The notes below the pieces were generated by a model. The model was not told the origin of the DNA. It saw nothing but the letters and a program-made list of their open reading frames with translations, and did no database searches. Made by a program: the position numbers and the translations under genes. A stretch of DNA of 64,000 bases from a virus, in the IMG/VR virus record IMGVR_UViG_3300045988_170943, positions 64,001-128,000 of that record, one strand, 5' to 3'. Positions 38,496-48,583 of this stretch are shown one piece after another (the stretch's first letter is position 1; each line of letters opens with the position of its first letter).

Positions 38496-39158
38496 ATGGT
38501 GATCGGTAATCATGATGCTATCCGTGACCAGTTGATGCACCTTATTGAGAGCACGTCTCTTGAGGATGCTGCAATGATGCCACATAAGGTGGATGATGCC
38601 ACTGCGGCTCAACTGGCCCGGGAGGCACCTGGGTGCGAGTACCTGACCTCCTATGGTATTGACCCTTTCTGGCGTCACAATGCGTTCTCTGATGAGCGGC
38701 GAGAAATGTGGGAGGATCAGAGGCGGCGGTTCGGTTTTGATGAGCGTCAGACTTGGAGCCTGGATCTGACACTTCTTGGGCTCATCTTTGAGCGCATGGT
38801 CATGTTCCTCCCCTTGCAAGAGGACGTTCTGGATGTTGACGCCATCAAGAATGGGGAGCCACGAAACACGATCACCATTCACGGCGTCACCAAACCGGTG
38901 TCACTCTGGACGCACATGCTGAGTGAACTGATCCGGGCACGCTTGACAGAAACGATCCTCCTAGACAACCTGAAAGCAAAGGTTGACAAGGCAGAGGACG
39001 ACATGATGCTACAACTCCACACCGGCCCCACAGGCGACAACATTTTTGAGGTAACAGTTGACAGCAGTGCACTCACATTACAGGAAGCCTACTATGACGT
39101 ACTGGACGGGATCATTTTCGACATCCTCCGGGCCGTCTTCCCCCACCTGTGGTGGTAA
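38496..39158 (+). CDS. hypothetical protein
   Basis: The SD 'ggggag' precedes the ATG. Confidence 0.55.
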   Translation: MVIGNHDAIRDQLMHLIESTSLEDAAMMPHKVDDATAAQLAREAPGCEYLTSYGIDPFWRHNAFSDERREMWEDQRRRFGFDERQTWSLDLTLLGLIFERMVMFLPLQEDVLDVDAIKNGEPRNTITIHGVTKPVSLWTHMLSELIRARLTETILLDNLKAKVDKAEDDMMLQLHTGPTGDNIFEVTVDSSALTLQEAYYDVLDGIIFDILRAVFPHLWW

Positions 39159-39183
39159 ACAACAACGAAGGTACTATAAGATT

Positions 39184-39816
39184 ATGAGCAATTCAAAACA
39201 GAATGTCACCTCAACAAGAAGTGGACGTAAAGAGGTCTCTACCGCCACAGCGATGGCTGCTGTTGCTCTTGGAGGGGTGATTGGTCTCATGCTAAACATC
39301 GTCATTTATGGGCATAGCAAGCAACCTGACACTCCTACAAAGATAGACTACTACAGTCACTCAGCACCTTCACATTCAAGCGCCACCAATGAGGGGTACA
39401 ACCCGCAATTCATCAAGTCAGATGAGTACATGTATGAGGCAGTCAGTGCTTGCAGTGAGATTGAGCGAGTCGCTAAAGCCTTCAATAGCATTGACCCTGA
39501 CTCGTCAATGGGGTGCCACGATGGGGTACTGCAAGCCAAGAAGAACGGCGAAGGTATCGAGATCTACAACACTGACGAATCTCGACACTTCAACGAGGGC
39601 AAGCGGCCGTCCAGGATTGCTCTCGCATACTGCTCTGGTCGCTGCACGCTGGAGACGATGGTTGAGGTCACTGGCGGGAAGATCATCAAGAACCCTAACG
39701 GCAAGGGGTACCTCATCAGTCTGAGTTCTGGGAACTATAACTTTGAGGTTGTCAACCTAGGTAGTACTCCTAACTGGAAAACCACCCTTCAGCGTGTTGG
39801 AGATCCAGTTAAGTAG
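39184..39816 (+). CDS. membrane-anchored protein
   Basis: An N-terminal TM segment reads 'AMAAVALGGVIGLMLNIVIYG'. Confidence 0.5.
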   Translation: MSNSKQNVTSTRSGRKEVSTATAMAAVALGGVIGLMLNIVIYGHSKQPDTPTKIDYYSHSAPSHSSATNEGYNPQFIKSDEYMYEAVSACSEIERVAKAFNSIDPDSSMGCHDGVLQAKKNGEGIEIYNTDESRHFNEGKRPSRIALAYCSGRCTLETMVEVTGGKIIKNPNGKGYLISLSSGNYNFEVVNLGSTPNWKTTLQRVGDPVK

Positions 39817-40188
39817 ATCTGGCGGGAACAGTGACTTGCGAATGCAGATGCTTCCTCTCGATCTATTACCTAAGTACCACCTTGCTGCACACGCGAAAAG
39901 CGTCAACACGTGTTGAGCACCATTCTTAACGAACCTAAGGGTGCTGCCCCAAACCATTTGCGCAAGGGTGAAGAAAAACTGCTACACTTGCGCTTGGTTT
40001 TTAGACTCTCATTATCCTAGTGAAGGCATCTAACGCTGTAGTGTCACCGACTGGTTCACCATAGTCTAGGCAATGATCACAGGAGTCATCAACAAGTACG
40101 TTCGCAGTCCTAGCATCAATCCTGCTCTTGTCGCAATGTCACCATTCGCAACAAAACACCATGCCTGTATACCAGAAAGAACAACGCC

Positions 40189-40707
40189 ATGATTATCACC
40201 GAAGTAATCAAGTCAAACATCAAGGAAGCAACTGAAAACCTAAATCTCAACGGCGGGTTCGCTGACAGTGACACTAGAATCATCTACTGGAACTGTGAGG
40301 ATCTAACGTTGACGGCATACCCGGGTTTCTCTGAAGCGTCCGTGAACTTCGAGTTGGATGATACACAAGTGTGTGTGTCATCTAAACTGAATAGTGCATC
40401 AACTGTTGGTATCAAATGGGTTCTTGCAGACGCCATCAGAAGAATGGAGATCATGATCCTTTCTTGTGACGCTCTTACTTCTGAAGGCTGGGAACTAAGT
40501 AACACCTTCATAAAAGACAACCACATGACAGTGACAAGAGGCGAAAACGACTGGGTGTCATTCACTGTTCTTGATGATAAGATAAAGTTTTACGGCAAAC
40601 ACATCGAAGACGTCACGAAAGCCCTAGTGAAGCATTCTATTATCAAAGATGAGCGCAATGGGGCATCCAGTTACTTAATCAAAAACAACAGGTTATCACT
40701 TGGTTGA
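40189..40707 (+). CDS. hypothetical protein
   Basis: 172-aa ORF. Confidence 0.5.
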   Translation: MIITEVIKSNIKEATENLNLNGGFADSDTRIIYWNCEDLTLTAYPGFSEASVNFELDDTQVCVSSKLNSASTVGIKWVLADAIRRMEIMILSCDALTSEGWELSNTFIKDNHMTVTRGENDWVSFTVLDDKIKFYGKHIEDVTKALVKHSIIKDERNGASSYLIKNNRLSLG

Positions 40708-40792
40708 TAGCACCGCTGAGTGCAGAGTAACTTTCACGGCAACAAATTCCACAGGGCATGATGTGCATGTGGCGTACATCACTCTCGCCAGA

Positions 40793-40822
40793 GTTGCACG
40801 CCTTGAGTTTCCTCCTGTACAC
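40793..40822 (+). promoter_or_regulatory. sigma70-like promoter TTGCAC-N18-TACACT
   Basis: Read directly from the sequence, upstream of the 40859 gene. Confidence 0.4.
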
Positions 40823-40858
40823 TGAACGCGCAGTCACCAAACAGAGGAAGGAAGTAAA

Positions 40859-41380
40859 GTGTCTGAGATGGCGGAGATCATCAAGAACATCAACGAGGCA
40901 TCCGAGATTCTCGGTACGCCTCTTGCTTCGAGCAAGCGTGAGACTCACCAGGACAGTGAGCCCTCGGTCTGGTTTAAGGATGAGAGCAACCAGGTTAAGG
41001 GAGTCGTCTACTCTGACCTGTGCGTCGTGACCGCACCTCTTGTTGTGGACGGTCGGGAGATCGCTGAACTGAGAGTCGCAAAGGAGGCTTCCGATCCCGC
41101 AACAATTGTTGACAGCATTCAGGAGGCGACGAGGATGCGTGACACCATGTTCGCATGCCTCGACGTTCTCACTGACGACAAGATGAAGGTTGGGGTTCTC
41201 GGAAACCTTGTTACTGTTCCGGGTCGCTTGTATCGCACTGTCGTCCGTATCCAGAAGGATGATCTCTACATCAGTGGCCGAGACAAGGACGAGATTGTTC
41301 AGGTTCTTCATGATGCTGGAGTTATTGGTTCAACGGAACCTGTTGACGACTATGGGATCCGGTACCCGCTCGCCAAGTAG
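40859..41380 (+). CDS. hypothetical protein
   Basis: The SD 'ggaagg' precedes a GTG/ATG start. Confidence 0.5.
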   Translation: MSEMAEIIKNINEASEILGTPLASSKRETHQDSEPSVWFKDESNQVKGVVYSDLCVVTAPLVVDGREIAELRVAKEASDPATIVDSIQEATRMRDTMFACLDVLTDDKMKVGVLGNLVTVPGRLYRTVVRIQKDDLYISGRDKDEIVQVLHDAGVIGSTEPVDDYGIRYPLAK

Positions 41381-41422
41381 TCACTCCCATTAGTAGGAGT
41401 GCTTCATACAAAGTAGCGTAAA

Positions 41423-41467
41423 CACAAGCGGAAACAGGATCGTATTTCTATCCTGTTTCCGCTTGTG
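41423..41467. terminator. bidirectional terminator hairpin (perfect 18-bp stem)
   Basis: Stem 'cacaagcggaaacaggat...atcctgtttccgcttgtg', between convergent genes. Confidence 0.6.
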
Positions 41468-41529
41468 CTATCATCTAATATAAAGAGGGCGCACTTCACT
41501 ACAGAAGGAGAGCCCCTGTTGCTACTTGT

Positions 41530-41781
41530 TCAGTGAGGGGCCTTTGAAATCAAGTCCAGGAAGCAATCAAGAACGCGACTGTCGTCATGGTTCGCGTAAG
41601 CGACAGCGCTCACAGCGGCGACAGTGTTATCACTGTTCCCGCCCGTGTAGAACTCCCCGTCCGCGTCATAGCGAACCTGGGGGATGTCCTCAACGGGGAT
41701 GTTCTGTAGCCGCTCAACAATCGTGGACGAAGGTGCCCCGCCCACGTAGTCATTGTAGATGTCAACCATGGTATCTGCCAT
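41530..41781 (-). CDS. hypothetical small protein
   Basis: 83-aa ORF. Confidence 0.4.
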   Translation of the reverse strand: MADTMVDIYNDYVGGAPSSTIVERLQNIPVEDIPQVRYDADGEFYTGGNSDNTVAAVSAVAYANHDDSRVLDCFLDLISKAPH

Positions 41782-41929
41782 GATTCCCCCTATTCATCTC
41801 CTAGGTGATTTATGACTGAGGCCGCACTTTTGCCCCCTGCAATCTTTCCTATGGTGCAAGGTTCGTGCTGGTTGGCCCCAGTTCTCTGTCGTGGCCAAAT
41901 TAGCATGCCTGATAGGTGCCGGACAACTG

Positions 41930-43132
41930 TCATTGTCTATGATACTGGTCACTTATTTCCAGTCGCCCAATGAAGTCGCTGTATGGCACTGGTCTTGGTG
42001 CGTCACCGTCGTTGTTGAACACAACCGGTTCTGTCTCGATAGTGCCGTCGGCGTGCATGCTTGCCAGGTTCTCTGCGCTGCGTGACCTGAACCGTGTCGT
42101 GTCCTCTGGTGTGTTGCTCTGGTTGACTGATGCAGGGAGAATACGGCCACCGTTCCCCTCCCCAGATACCGTGTACTTGTCCATGCCTCTCCTGTACCTG
42201 GAGGTGGCTCTTTTAGTGGATGTTTCTGGTGTGATGTCAACGAACACTGCCCTCAGGCTGTAGCCGCCCTTCTTGAGCCTACCAACCCTGGAGTCCATGG
42301 AGGAGCGTTTCGACATTGTGCCGTCCAGGATGATGTTTTTCTTCTCCCTGATAGCCCGGTCCATGATGATGCTTGAGATATGTGAGGCTTCATCGTGGGC
42401 AAGTGTGGAGCACTCCATAGGGGTGAGCCCACGCAAGGTCGGGATCATGCCCCTCTCGGCCATGATCTCTTTGATGTCGTCAGGGTTGACAGTGATGTAC
42501 TTATCGGTGTCGATGTTGAGGTACCTGGTCAGGACAGTGGTCTTGCCCGCACCACCCATACCACCTGATATGATCGCTCTCCCTTCACAGGGCGTGTCTT
42601 CGTGCTGCTTGAATACGTCATCTATGATCTGCTGCTGTAGTTTGCGGCGTTCTGGCGTGTAGACGGGCCCAGCGGATATCTTCGTGGAGTACGTGTCACT
42701 GGTCTTCAGTCCGTCACGTATCGCCTGAGAGAGGGCTCTTTCTGCGTACTGATGCCTCAGGGACATATCTAGCCCAGAGATGGCCTGGTGGCTGTCGCAT
42801 GCTTCCTGGAGTACTCGCTCGCACTCACGTCCTTGTTCCACCAAGGACATGCTCTCCCACTGCTTCCCTCGCTCTGGGCTGTTGTCTCCGGCCCCAACAG
42901 GTTTCTGTGTCGCTTTCCTCCCCTTGGAGGAGGCTGAAGCGAAGAGATCCTTACCCATGTACTCTGCCTTGATGGTGTCGATCTTCTGTTGCGCCTCCTG
43001 TGGGGTGGATGCGTACACATGGGGCTCACCATCTTTGGTCCTTGGGCACTGACGGAATTCAGCATTACACTCAACGGCTACCCCATCACTACTGCGAGCA
43101 TGCCATTTCTTCTTATTTCTGTGTCCAGTCAC
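41930..43132 (-). CDS. P-loop kinase (zeta-toxin / polynucleotide-kinase-like)
   Basis: Walker A 'GGMGGAGKTT' followed by 'NIILDGTMSKR', a zeta-toxin/AAA_33-like arrangement. The N-terminal region is basic. Confidence 0.5.
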   Translation of the reverse strand: MTGHRNKKKWHARSSDGVAVECNAEFRQCPRTKDGEPHVYASTPQEAQQKIDTIKAEYMGKDLFASASSKGRKATQKPVGAGDNSPERGKQWESMSLVEQGRECERVLQEACDSHQAISGLDMSLRHQYAERALSQAIRDGLKTSDTYSTKISAGPVYTPERRKLQQQIIDDVFKQHEDTPCEGRAIISGGMGGAGKTTVLTRYLNIDTDKYITVNPDDIKEIMAERGMIPTLRGLTPMECSTLAHDEASHISSIIMDRAIREKKNIILDGTMSKRSSMDSRVGRLKKGGYSLRAVFVDITPETSTKRATSRYRRGMDKYTVSGEGNGGRILPASVNQSNTPEDTTRFRSRSAENLASMHADGTIETEPVVFNNDGDAPRPVPYSDFIGRLEISDQYHRQ

Positions 43133-43484
43133 AGGTCCTCTCCTGCCCTCGCATCTAGGTTCAAGGCGGTTCTCATGGGTAGTATCTATACGACGTTTGT
43201 TGAAGAGTTAGCAGAGATGCGGCCCTTACCTTCTGATGGATTCCTGGCTGCGGCCTGATGTAATCATAGGCGCTCACACCCGGTTGCCCTGGGATGCGGA
43301 GGGGTGGGAAGTGTTTTGTGACTAGTAACACATCTAGAATGGCTTGGATCGTACTACATGCGCAGACTATGCTGGATAACAGCAACAGCAGGAAAGACAG
43401 GCGGGCAGTAATGAACCTAACTATCGCCACAGTGGCGATCCGGCCAGTTAGCAGCCCGAACACAATGGAGATGGAGAAAGTAGC

Positions 43485-44183
43485 ATGACACTGCGTGGAG
43501 ACATGTTTGTCTACGCCGACAGGTGTAGTACGAACATTCACTCGCCACAGTTCTATGGAACTCTTAGTGGCTTCATTGCCTCAGGGAAAGACCAGTACTT
43601 CAAGATCATAGATGAGTACAAGGCGAACTTTCCTGTACGTCACTATTTCATGAAGACGTTCAGGAAGAGTTACGATCTTGAACGTATGATTCGTGACCTG
43701 AGTGGTGTCATGAGCGAGGATGTGTTCTTCTCTTACCTGGGTCCTGTGCGCCCTATCTTCCCTGAAGCCACTAGGGATGAGATGGAGAAGTTGGCGGCAG
43801 TCATGTTCACGACCACGAAGGACGCCCTAGCCGTCCTCCTAAAGGCCGTGGTTGAAGGCGGCGACAAGTACGGGTCCCTGGCTGACGATGTTATGGTTGT
43901 TCGTGACGATACCCAGTACCATAAGATCACACGCACGGGCCGCATCTTCATTGACGCCCGAGCCTCTGGTAGGGCTGAGTTGAAAGCGTACTGGACAACA
44001 GGTGTAGACGAATCGACCATTGTCACTTATAATGACCAGTATGGCGAGGCTGGTTGGGTCACCTGGTATGAACGAGTAATGGGCGACCTGAACCTGAAGA
44101 GTGAACGACCATGGGAGCGGGTCGTTGATGACTGGATTGACAGGAAGGCCGAGGACGCTCGTGCAACAGAAGAGCCAAACTGA
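43485..44183 (+). CDS. hypothetical protein
   Basis: The SD 'ggagaaagtagc' precedes the ATG. Confidence 0.55.
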   Translation: MTLRGDMFVYADRCSTNIHSPQFYGTLSGFIASGKDQYFKIIDEYKANFPVRHYFMKTFRKSYDLERMIRDLSGVMSEDVFFSYLGPVRPIFPEATRDEMEKLAAVMFTTTKDALAVLLKAVVEGGDKYGSLADDVMVVRDDTQYHKITRTGRIFIDARASGRAELKAYWTTGVDESTIVTYNDQYGEAGWVTWYERVMGDLNLKSERPWERVVDDWIDRKAEDARATEEPN

Positions 44184-44503
44184 TTCGCATCCGTAGCACG
44201 AAATATGGGGCCGCTACACCCTAAGCCCTTCTCCCCTACTACACGTATGTGACTCGATCAGCACAGGTGACTCAGCATATGTCATGAGGCAAGAGCGTGA
44301 GGCCCTTCGGCGATCTAGGTGACGCGATCACCACTACCGCACCCCGCCTGCCGTCATCCCTGTTGTCGAATCTGGGACACCTCGGCCCGCGCACCCGCCC
44401 TCCTGCCGTAAAGCGCACTCGCCTGGCGACTACCACTACAACAGTACACGCCCGCCTTTATCCAGAGGATTTGTCTCTGCCGCAAGCCCCTCTGGTGTGA
44501 CCT

Positions 44504-44551
44504 GTTTCACCTATGCTGGGGTTGCTACCTTCCCTCCTGTGGTGCTAGAGT
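44504..44551 (+). promoter_or_regulatory. composite promoter motif GTTTCACC-N8-GGTTGCT-N18-TAGAGT followed by GAAGTCATCACG
   Basis: Motif instance heading the NAD operon. Confidence 0.4.
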
Positions 44552-44606
44552 GAAGTCATCACGCCGAGGGTAGAAGGGTCTGAGGCGCAAAGCGAAAGGA
44601 AGACAA

Positions 44607-44972
44607 ATGGACACTGAGGCTAAGGTTCGCTCGATCACGAAGGCCATCGAGTCTGCTCTTGTGGGCCAGACGATTGACACATTTTCTGTTGGAGAGCAGG
44701 TCGTGGAGGATGGTAGTGTCCACTCCTCTGGTGTTATCTCCTTTGGCGAGGATGCTCATATCATCCAGGTTTCTGGGGCTCGTCTTGATGTCAAGGCCAC
44801 CCCTCTGGCTGGGGCTACCGTGACCAAGGTGGATTACGTTACGATGCCCATGGACGGGTACCTGGGCTGGAGCATCAAGGGCTACCAGGGGGATGGTCGA
44901 GCCACCGATATGGTGTTCGAGATTTGGAACGCTGGTGGCGAGGATGTTCAGTATGCTGTGTCGATGATCTGA
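44607..44972 (+). CDS. hypothetical protein
   Basis: The SD 'gaaaggaagacaa' precedes the ATG. Confidence 0.55.
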   Translation: MDTEAKVRSITKAIESALVGQTIDTFSVGEQVVEDGSVHSSGVISFGEDAHIIQVSGARLDVKATPLAGATVTKVDYVTMPMDGYLGWSIKGYQGDGRATDMVFEIWNAGGEDVQYAVSMI

Positions 44973-45016
44973 CTCCTCCTCTTGAGAGTGTAGACTCCTG
45001 GAATGCACCAGGGGTC

Positions 45017-45060
45017 TACACTTCTTTGTTGGGGGTTTCGCGGCCTCTTTTTGTGTGGTA
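45017..45060 (+). terminator. hairpin + T-rich tract (possible attenuator/terminator)
   Basis: Stem 'gtgtagactcctgg...ccaggggtctacac' (2 mismatches), followed by 'ttctttgttgggggtttcgcggcctcttttt'. Confidence 0.35.
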
Positions 45061-45085
45061 GAATAGGACAATAGTAAAGGTCAAA

Positions 45086-46090
45086 GTGACTTTTACTGTG
45101 GGTCACCTTACCGTCCAAGAACACCAAGGAAGAAGCAGCGTGAAGTACTCCATACTCAGTGTAGTTACGGGAACCAGCAAGTGCACTGTCCCCTTCAAGC
45201 CATCTGACGCCACTAAGCACATCCCGCAAGGGTGTCAGTTCTGTGTCTCTGGGCAGTACGCGAACGACAGTAACCGTGTAGCACCAGAAGTGAACTGGAG
45301 GAACCTGAGGAAAGCGATCCAGTTGGCTCGCAATGGTGGGGTTGACACTGTGGTTCTTACTGGTAGGGGTGAGCCAACCTACTTCCCTGACCAGATCACT
45401 GACTACCTGAAGGTGCTTGGTCCTGAGTTTCCGCTCATCGAGTTGCAGACCAACGGGGTTCTGCTGGCCGGGGCGAGAAATGAAGACTACCTGAAGGAGT
45501 GGTACGACCTGGGTCTTACTACCATCCTCATCAGCGTAGTCAGTAACGACCCGGAAATCCTCAGGCAGAACTATATGCCGCTTTCCAGGTCATACTACGA
45601 CCTGCCAGCGCTCATCGCTAAACTCAGGGGTATCGGGTACACGGTTAGGCTGGCTTGTGTCTGCACCAAGGCGTGGATGTCCACCAGAGAGCAGGTGGCT
45701 GACTTCCTGAAGTTCGCCAAGGACAACAAGGTCGGCCAGGTCACCTTACGTCCACTGAACGACGAGTACCGGAGGGAGACCGCCCACACCTGGATCCAGA
45801 AGCACAAGATGACTGACAAGGACAAGGATAGTATCAGGGACTACCTGGATGAGGTGGGTCATAAGTTGCGGGACCTTCCAGCAATCGGGTCCATGTACGA
45901 TGTTGACGGGGTGGGTGTCCTCATGTCTCTGCCATTGACGAAGTACACGCACCATAACACTGAGGACACGGCCAGGAATCTCATCTTCTTCCCCGACGGA
46001 ACAACACGGTACGACTGGGAGTGGGAAGGGTCGGTACTTCTCCAGGGGGACAATCGTCCACTCACCTTGCAGGACGGATCCTACTGGTGA
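45086..46090 (+). CDS. radical SAM-like protein with a non-canonical Cys motif
   Basis: Carries 'GRGEP' and 'ELQTNGVLL' (the radical SAM GGEP/TNG signatures). It has 'GCQFC' (Cx2C); the first Cys of CX3CX2C is replaced by Ile, but there is a Cys 19 residues upstream. It is paralogous to the 63756 ORF (CPIGCEFC). An alternative start is the GTG at 45140 with SD 'aaggaag'. Confidence 0.45.
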   Translation: MTFTVGHLTVQEHQGRSSVKYSILSVVTGTSKCTVPFKPSDATKHIPQGCQFCVSGQYANDSNRVAPEVNWRNLRKAIQLARNGGVDTVVLTGRGEPTYFPDQITDYLKVLGPEFPLIELQTNGVLLAGARNEDYLKEWYDLGLTTILISVVSNDPEILRQNYMPLSRSYYDLPALIAKLRGIGYTVRLACVCTKAWMSTREQVADFLKFAKDNKVGQVTLRPLNDEYRRETAHTWIQKHKMTDKDKDSIRDYLDEVGHKLRDLPAIGSMYDVDGVGVLMSLPLTKYTHHNTEDTARNLIFFPDGTTRYDWEWEGSVLLQGDNRPLTLQDGSYW

Positions 46091-46197
46091 GGTAATGGGC
46101 GGCACATTCTGAGAGGTGTCCACGGAACGATAGGATTCGGCCGCCTTGCACTGAGCATAAAGAAGAACGACAAGAATACATTGTGAAGGAATAGAGC

Positions 46198-47172
46198 ATG
46201 AGAATTGACTTGAAAGATGTGCTAGACCTGGATGAAGACAGCAGGGCCAAACTAGAGGAGTACAGGAGGAAGCGTGCGTTCGCCCCTGCCGCCTATGTTG
46301 AGGCTAAGACGGCAGCACTTGGCGACTATTGCAAGAACAATGACATTGACTCGCTTACCGTCCTGATCTCTGGTGGTATTGACAGTGCTGTCGTGGCTGG
46401 GATCGCCAAGGAAGTCTCCAACAGGTACGGTACTGGGGTTCACATGGTCACCATCCCTGCAACCAACAGCCGGGGGGTGACCAGGCAGGATGAGACCGTG
46501 GTACTGGCTCAAGAACTGGCTGACAACCTTGGTGAGACCCTTGATGTTCTTCCCTTTGATGGGGTTGTTGATGAGGCTGTTAGCCTGTGTGACCTGGAGG
46601 ATAGCCAGTGGGGGACGGGTCAGGCCGTCTCCTACCTGAGGACAGCGGTGGCTTACACCTATGTGACCAAGTGCTGGAGCGTGGGCGACAAGACCCTCTT
46701 GGTGGGGACAACCAACATGGATGAGGGGGCATACATTGGTTTCTTCGGCAAGGCCAGCGACGGCATGGTTGACATCCAGCCCATCAGCGACCTGCACAAG
46801 AGCGAAGTGTACCAGGTCGCCAACTACCTAGAGATCCCCGCATCTATCATCCAGGCTACACCTCAGGGGGACATGTACCATGGTGGTAAGGATGAGCAGA
46901 TTTTCGGGTGCACCTATGACTGTGTTGAGTTGTTCTACGCGACCCATATTGGCAGGTACGTGGATTCTCCTGTGAGTGAGCAGTGGAAACGAGTTGTGGA
47001 CAACATTGAGGATCTTCACCAGTACAACACACACAAGTACCTTGGTGGTTCACCTGCCGTCCACATGGACGTGATGCCATATGCGGGCACTTTTGGGTCG
47101 TGGTCCTACCAGAACATTGTAGAGTCTAGGAACATTCTTTCGTCTCACCTGACAAGCAAACAGGCACTATGA
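46198..47172 (+). CDS. nadE: NAD+ synthetase (NadE-like PP-loop amidotransferase)
   Basis: PP-loop 'ISGGIDS'. NadE signature 'GTTNMDEGAYIGFFGKASDGMVDIQPISDLHKSEVYQVANYLEIP', compared with 'GTDN.SE...GYFTKYGDG..D..PI.DL.K..V' in known NadE enzymes. Confidence 0.6.
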   Translation: MRIDLKDVLDLDEDSRAKLEEYRRKRAFAPAAYVEAKTAALGDYCKNNDIDSLTVLISGGIDSAVVAGIAKEVSNRYGTGVHMVTIPATNSRGVTRQDETVVLAQELADNLGETLDVLPFDGVVDEAVSLCDLEDSQWGTGQAVSYLRTAVAYTYVTKCWSVGDKTLLVGTTNMDEGAYIGFFGKASDGMVDIQPISDLHKSEVYQVANYLEIPASIIQATPQGDMYHGGKDEQIFGCTYDCVELFYATHIGRYVDSPVSEQWKRVVDNIEDLHQYNTHKYLGGSPAVHMDVMPYAGTFGSWSYQNIVESRNILSSHLTSKQAL

Positions 47173-48569
47173 CAACGGGAGAGAAGGACTCACTGGGAGT
47201 ACCTGTTGCTCTGAGTGACCCAATGTTTCAGGCGTTCGCGGATACTCACCCGAGCAAGGATCTGGTTCGTTATGGGTACTACGATGACGGTGTGACCTCA
47301 CCGGACTGGGGACCTGCTACTACCCCCATCCCTGTGGGTGCTGTGTGGGCTTGTGGGGTCTCTGAGCGGCCTGCTGTGCTGGTGATGACTGGTGCCATGG
47401 ATCCGATGCACGACGGCCACGCTGAGGCCCTGGAGATAGCCAGGAGAAGGTTGGAGGGGCTGGGGGTCCAGATTGTTCACACTCACGTCATACCAGATAG
47501 TCATGTGTACGCGAGAATGAAGCGGCCTATGGGGGCTGGGAGCGATGAGGAGCGGGCCGCCAGTGTCAGGTCTTTGGGTTACGTGTGCGATGAGGACTGC
47601 ATGAGGTACCCTGGGAGACCGAACTACACGAGCATCCTCCTGCATGTCCAGCACAAGTGGCAGCAGCACGGTGTGCACCCAGTCGTATTCAACGTGGTTG
47701 GTTCAGACAACGCCCTGTTCGCTGAAGTGGCAGCAGCATACGATCCGGCCGGTTTCGGTACCGTTGTTGTGGAGACAGGCCACCAAGAAAAACCCCCCGT
47801 ACAGGAGGACGCTGGCCGGAACATCCTAGTATGCGACAGAGAAGGGCGAAAGTATGCGTCCTTGTCGTCAACCACTGTGAGAAGCGGTAACCACAGTAGT
47901 GATTTGCCTGTCATGTATATTAAAGACGACCTCGACTACTACACCACCAACAGGAAGTGCCATGACGAACTCATTAACGCACTAGAGGGCATGTTCACCT
48001 CATACGGGTACCAGGTGAAGGTCGGCCACTACCGGACACAAGTCAAAAAACTGGTCAAACAGACAGCATCCAAGCACTCCCAGGAAATAGAGAATGGTGC
48101 GATCACAGTATCCTTAGATCGACACATCCCAGCACAGGTCAGGTTCCCCATACACCGACTATTCCAGTCAGACACCCTACAGAAAATGGGGTACCTCCCA
48201 GACAGGCACCTTCAAGTACATCCAGGACAGAAGTTCATCCTGCTGGACGACGACATGGACACTGGCAACGGGATGAGATTCGTGAAACACATCATCAACA
48301 CCCAAGGTGGAGAAACCATCGGTGTTGAAACCATCTACCAGGACCCAGGGCGCGAGTTCGACGTTCTGGACGCTAGCGACGTCACCACTATTGACGGCAC
48401 AGGGCTCGTAGTCCAGTCATCTGACCTCACCATGAGCAGGATCCCCTACCTGCACACGTTCCTTGACCTGCAACGATTCTCCAGCGTGCCAGACCGTCAG
48501 AAAGAAGCGTTCACTCACCAGGTCACAAGCATTCTGAAGAGGCACAAGATCGGCACATATGAGAGGTAG
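47169..48569 (+). CDS. bifunctional nucleotidyltransferase (NMNAT-like HxGH) + type I phosphoribosyltransferase / PRPP-synthetase-like domain
   Basis: N-terminal 'VMTGAMDPMHDGH' matches the (T/H)xGH cytidylyltransferase/NMNAT motif. C-terminal 'KFILLDDDMDTGNGM' matches the PRPP-binding motif of type I PRTases/PRS. The start overlaps the nadE stop (ATGA), indicating translational coupling. Confidence 0.5.
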   Translation: MTTGEKDSLGVPVALSDPMFQAFADTHPSKDLVRYGYYDDGVTSPDWGPATTPIPVGAVWACGVSERPAVLVMTGAMDPMHDGHAEALEIARRRLEGLGVQIVHTHVIPDSHVYARMKRPMGAGSDEERAASVRSLGYVCDEDCMRYPGRPNYTSILLHVQHKWQQHGVHPVVFNVVGSDNALFAEVAAAYDPAGFGTVVVETGHQEKPPVQEDAGRNILVCDREGRKYASLSSTTVRSGNHSSDLPVMYIKDDLDYYTTNRKCHDELINALEGMFTSYGYQVKVGHYRTQVKKLVKQTASKHSQEIENGAITVSLDRHIPAQVRFPIHRLFQSDTLQKMGYLPDRHLQVHPGQKFILLDDDMDTGNGMRFVKHIINTQGGETIGVETIYQDPGREFDVLDASDVTTIDGTGLVVQSSDLTMSRIPYLHTFLDLQRFSSVPDRQKEAFTHQVTSILKRHKIGTYER

Positions 48570-48583
48570 AGGAGACAGAGAAA

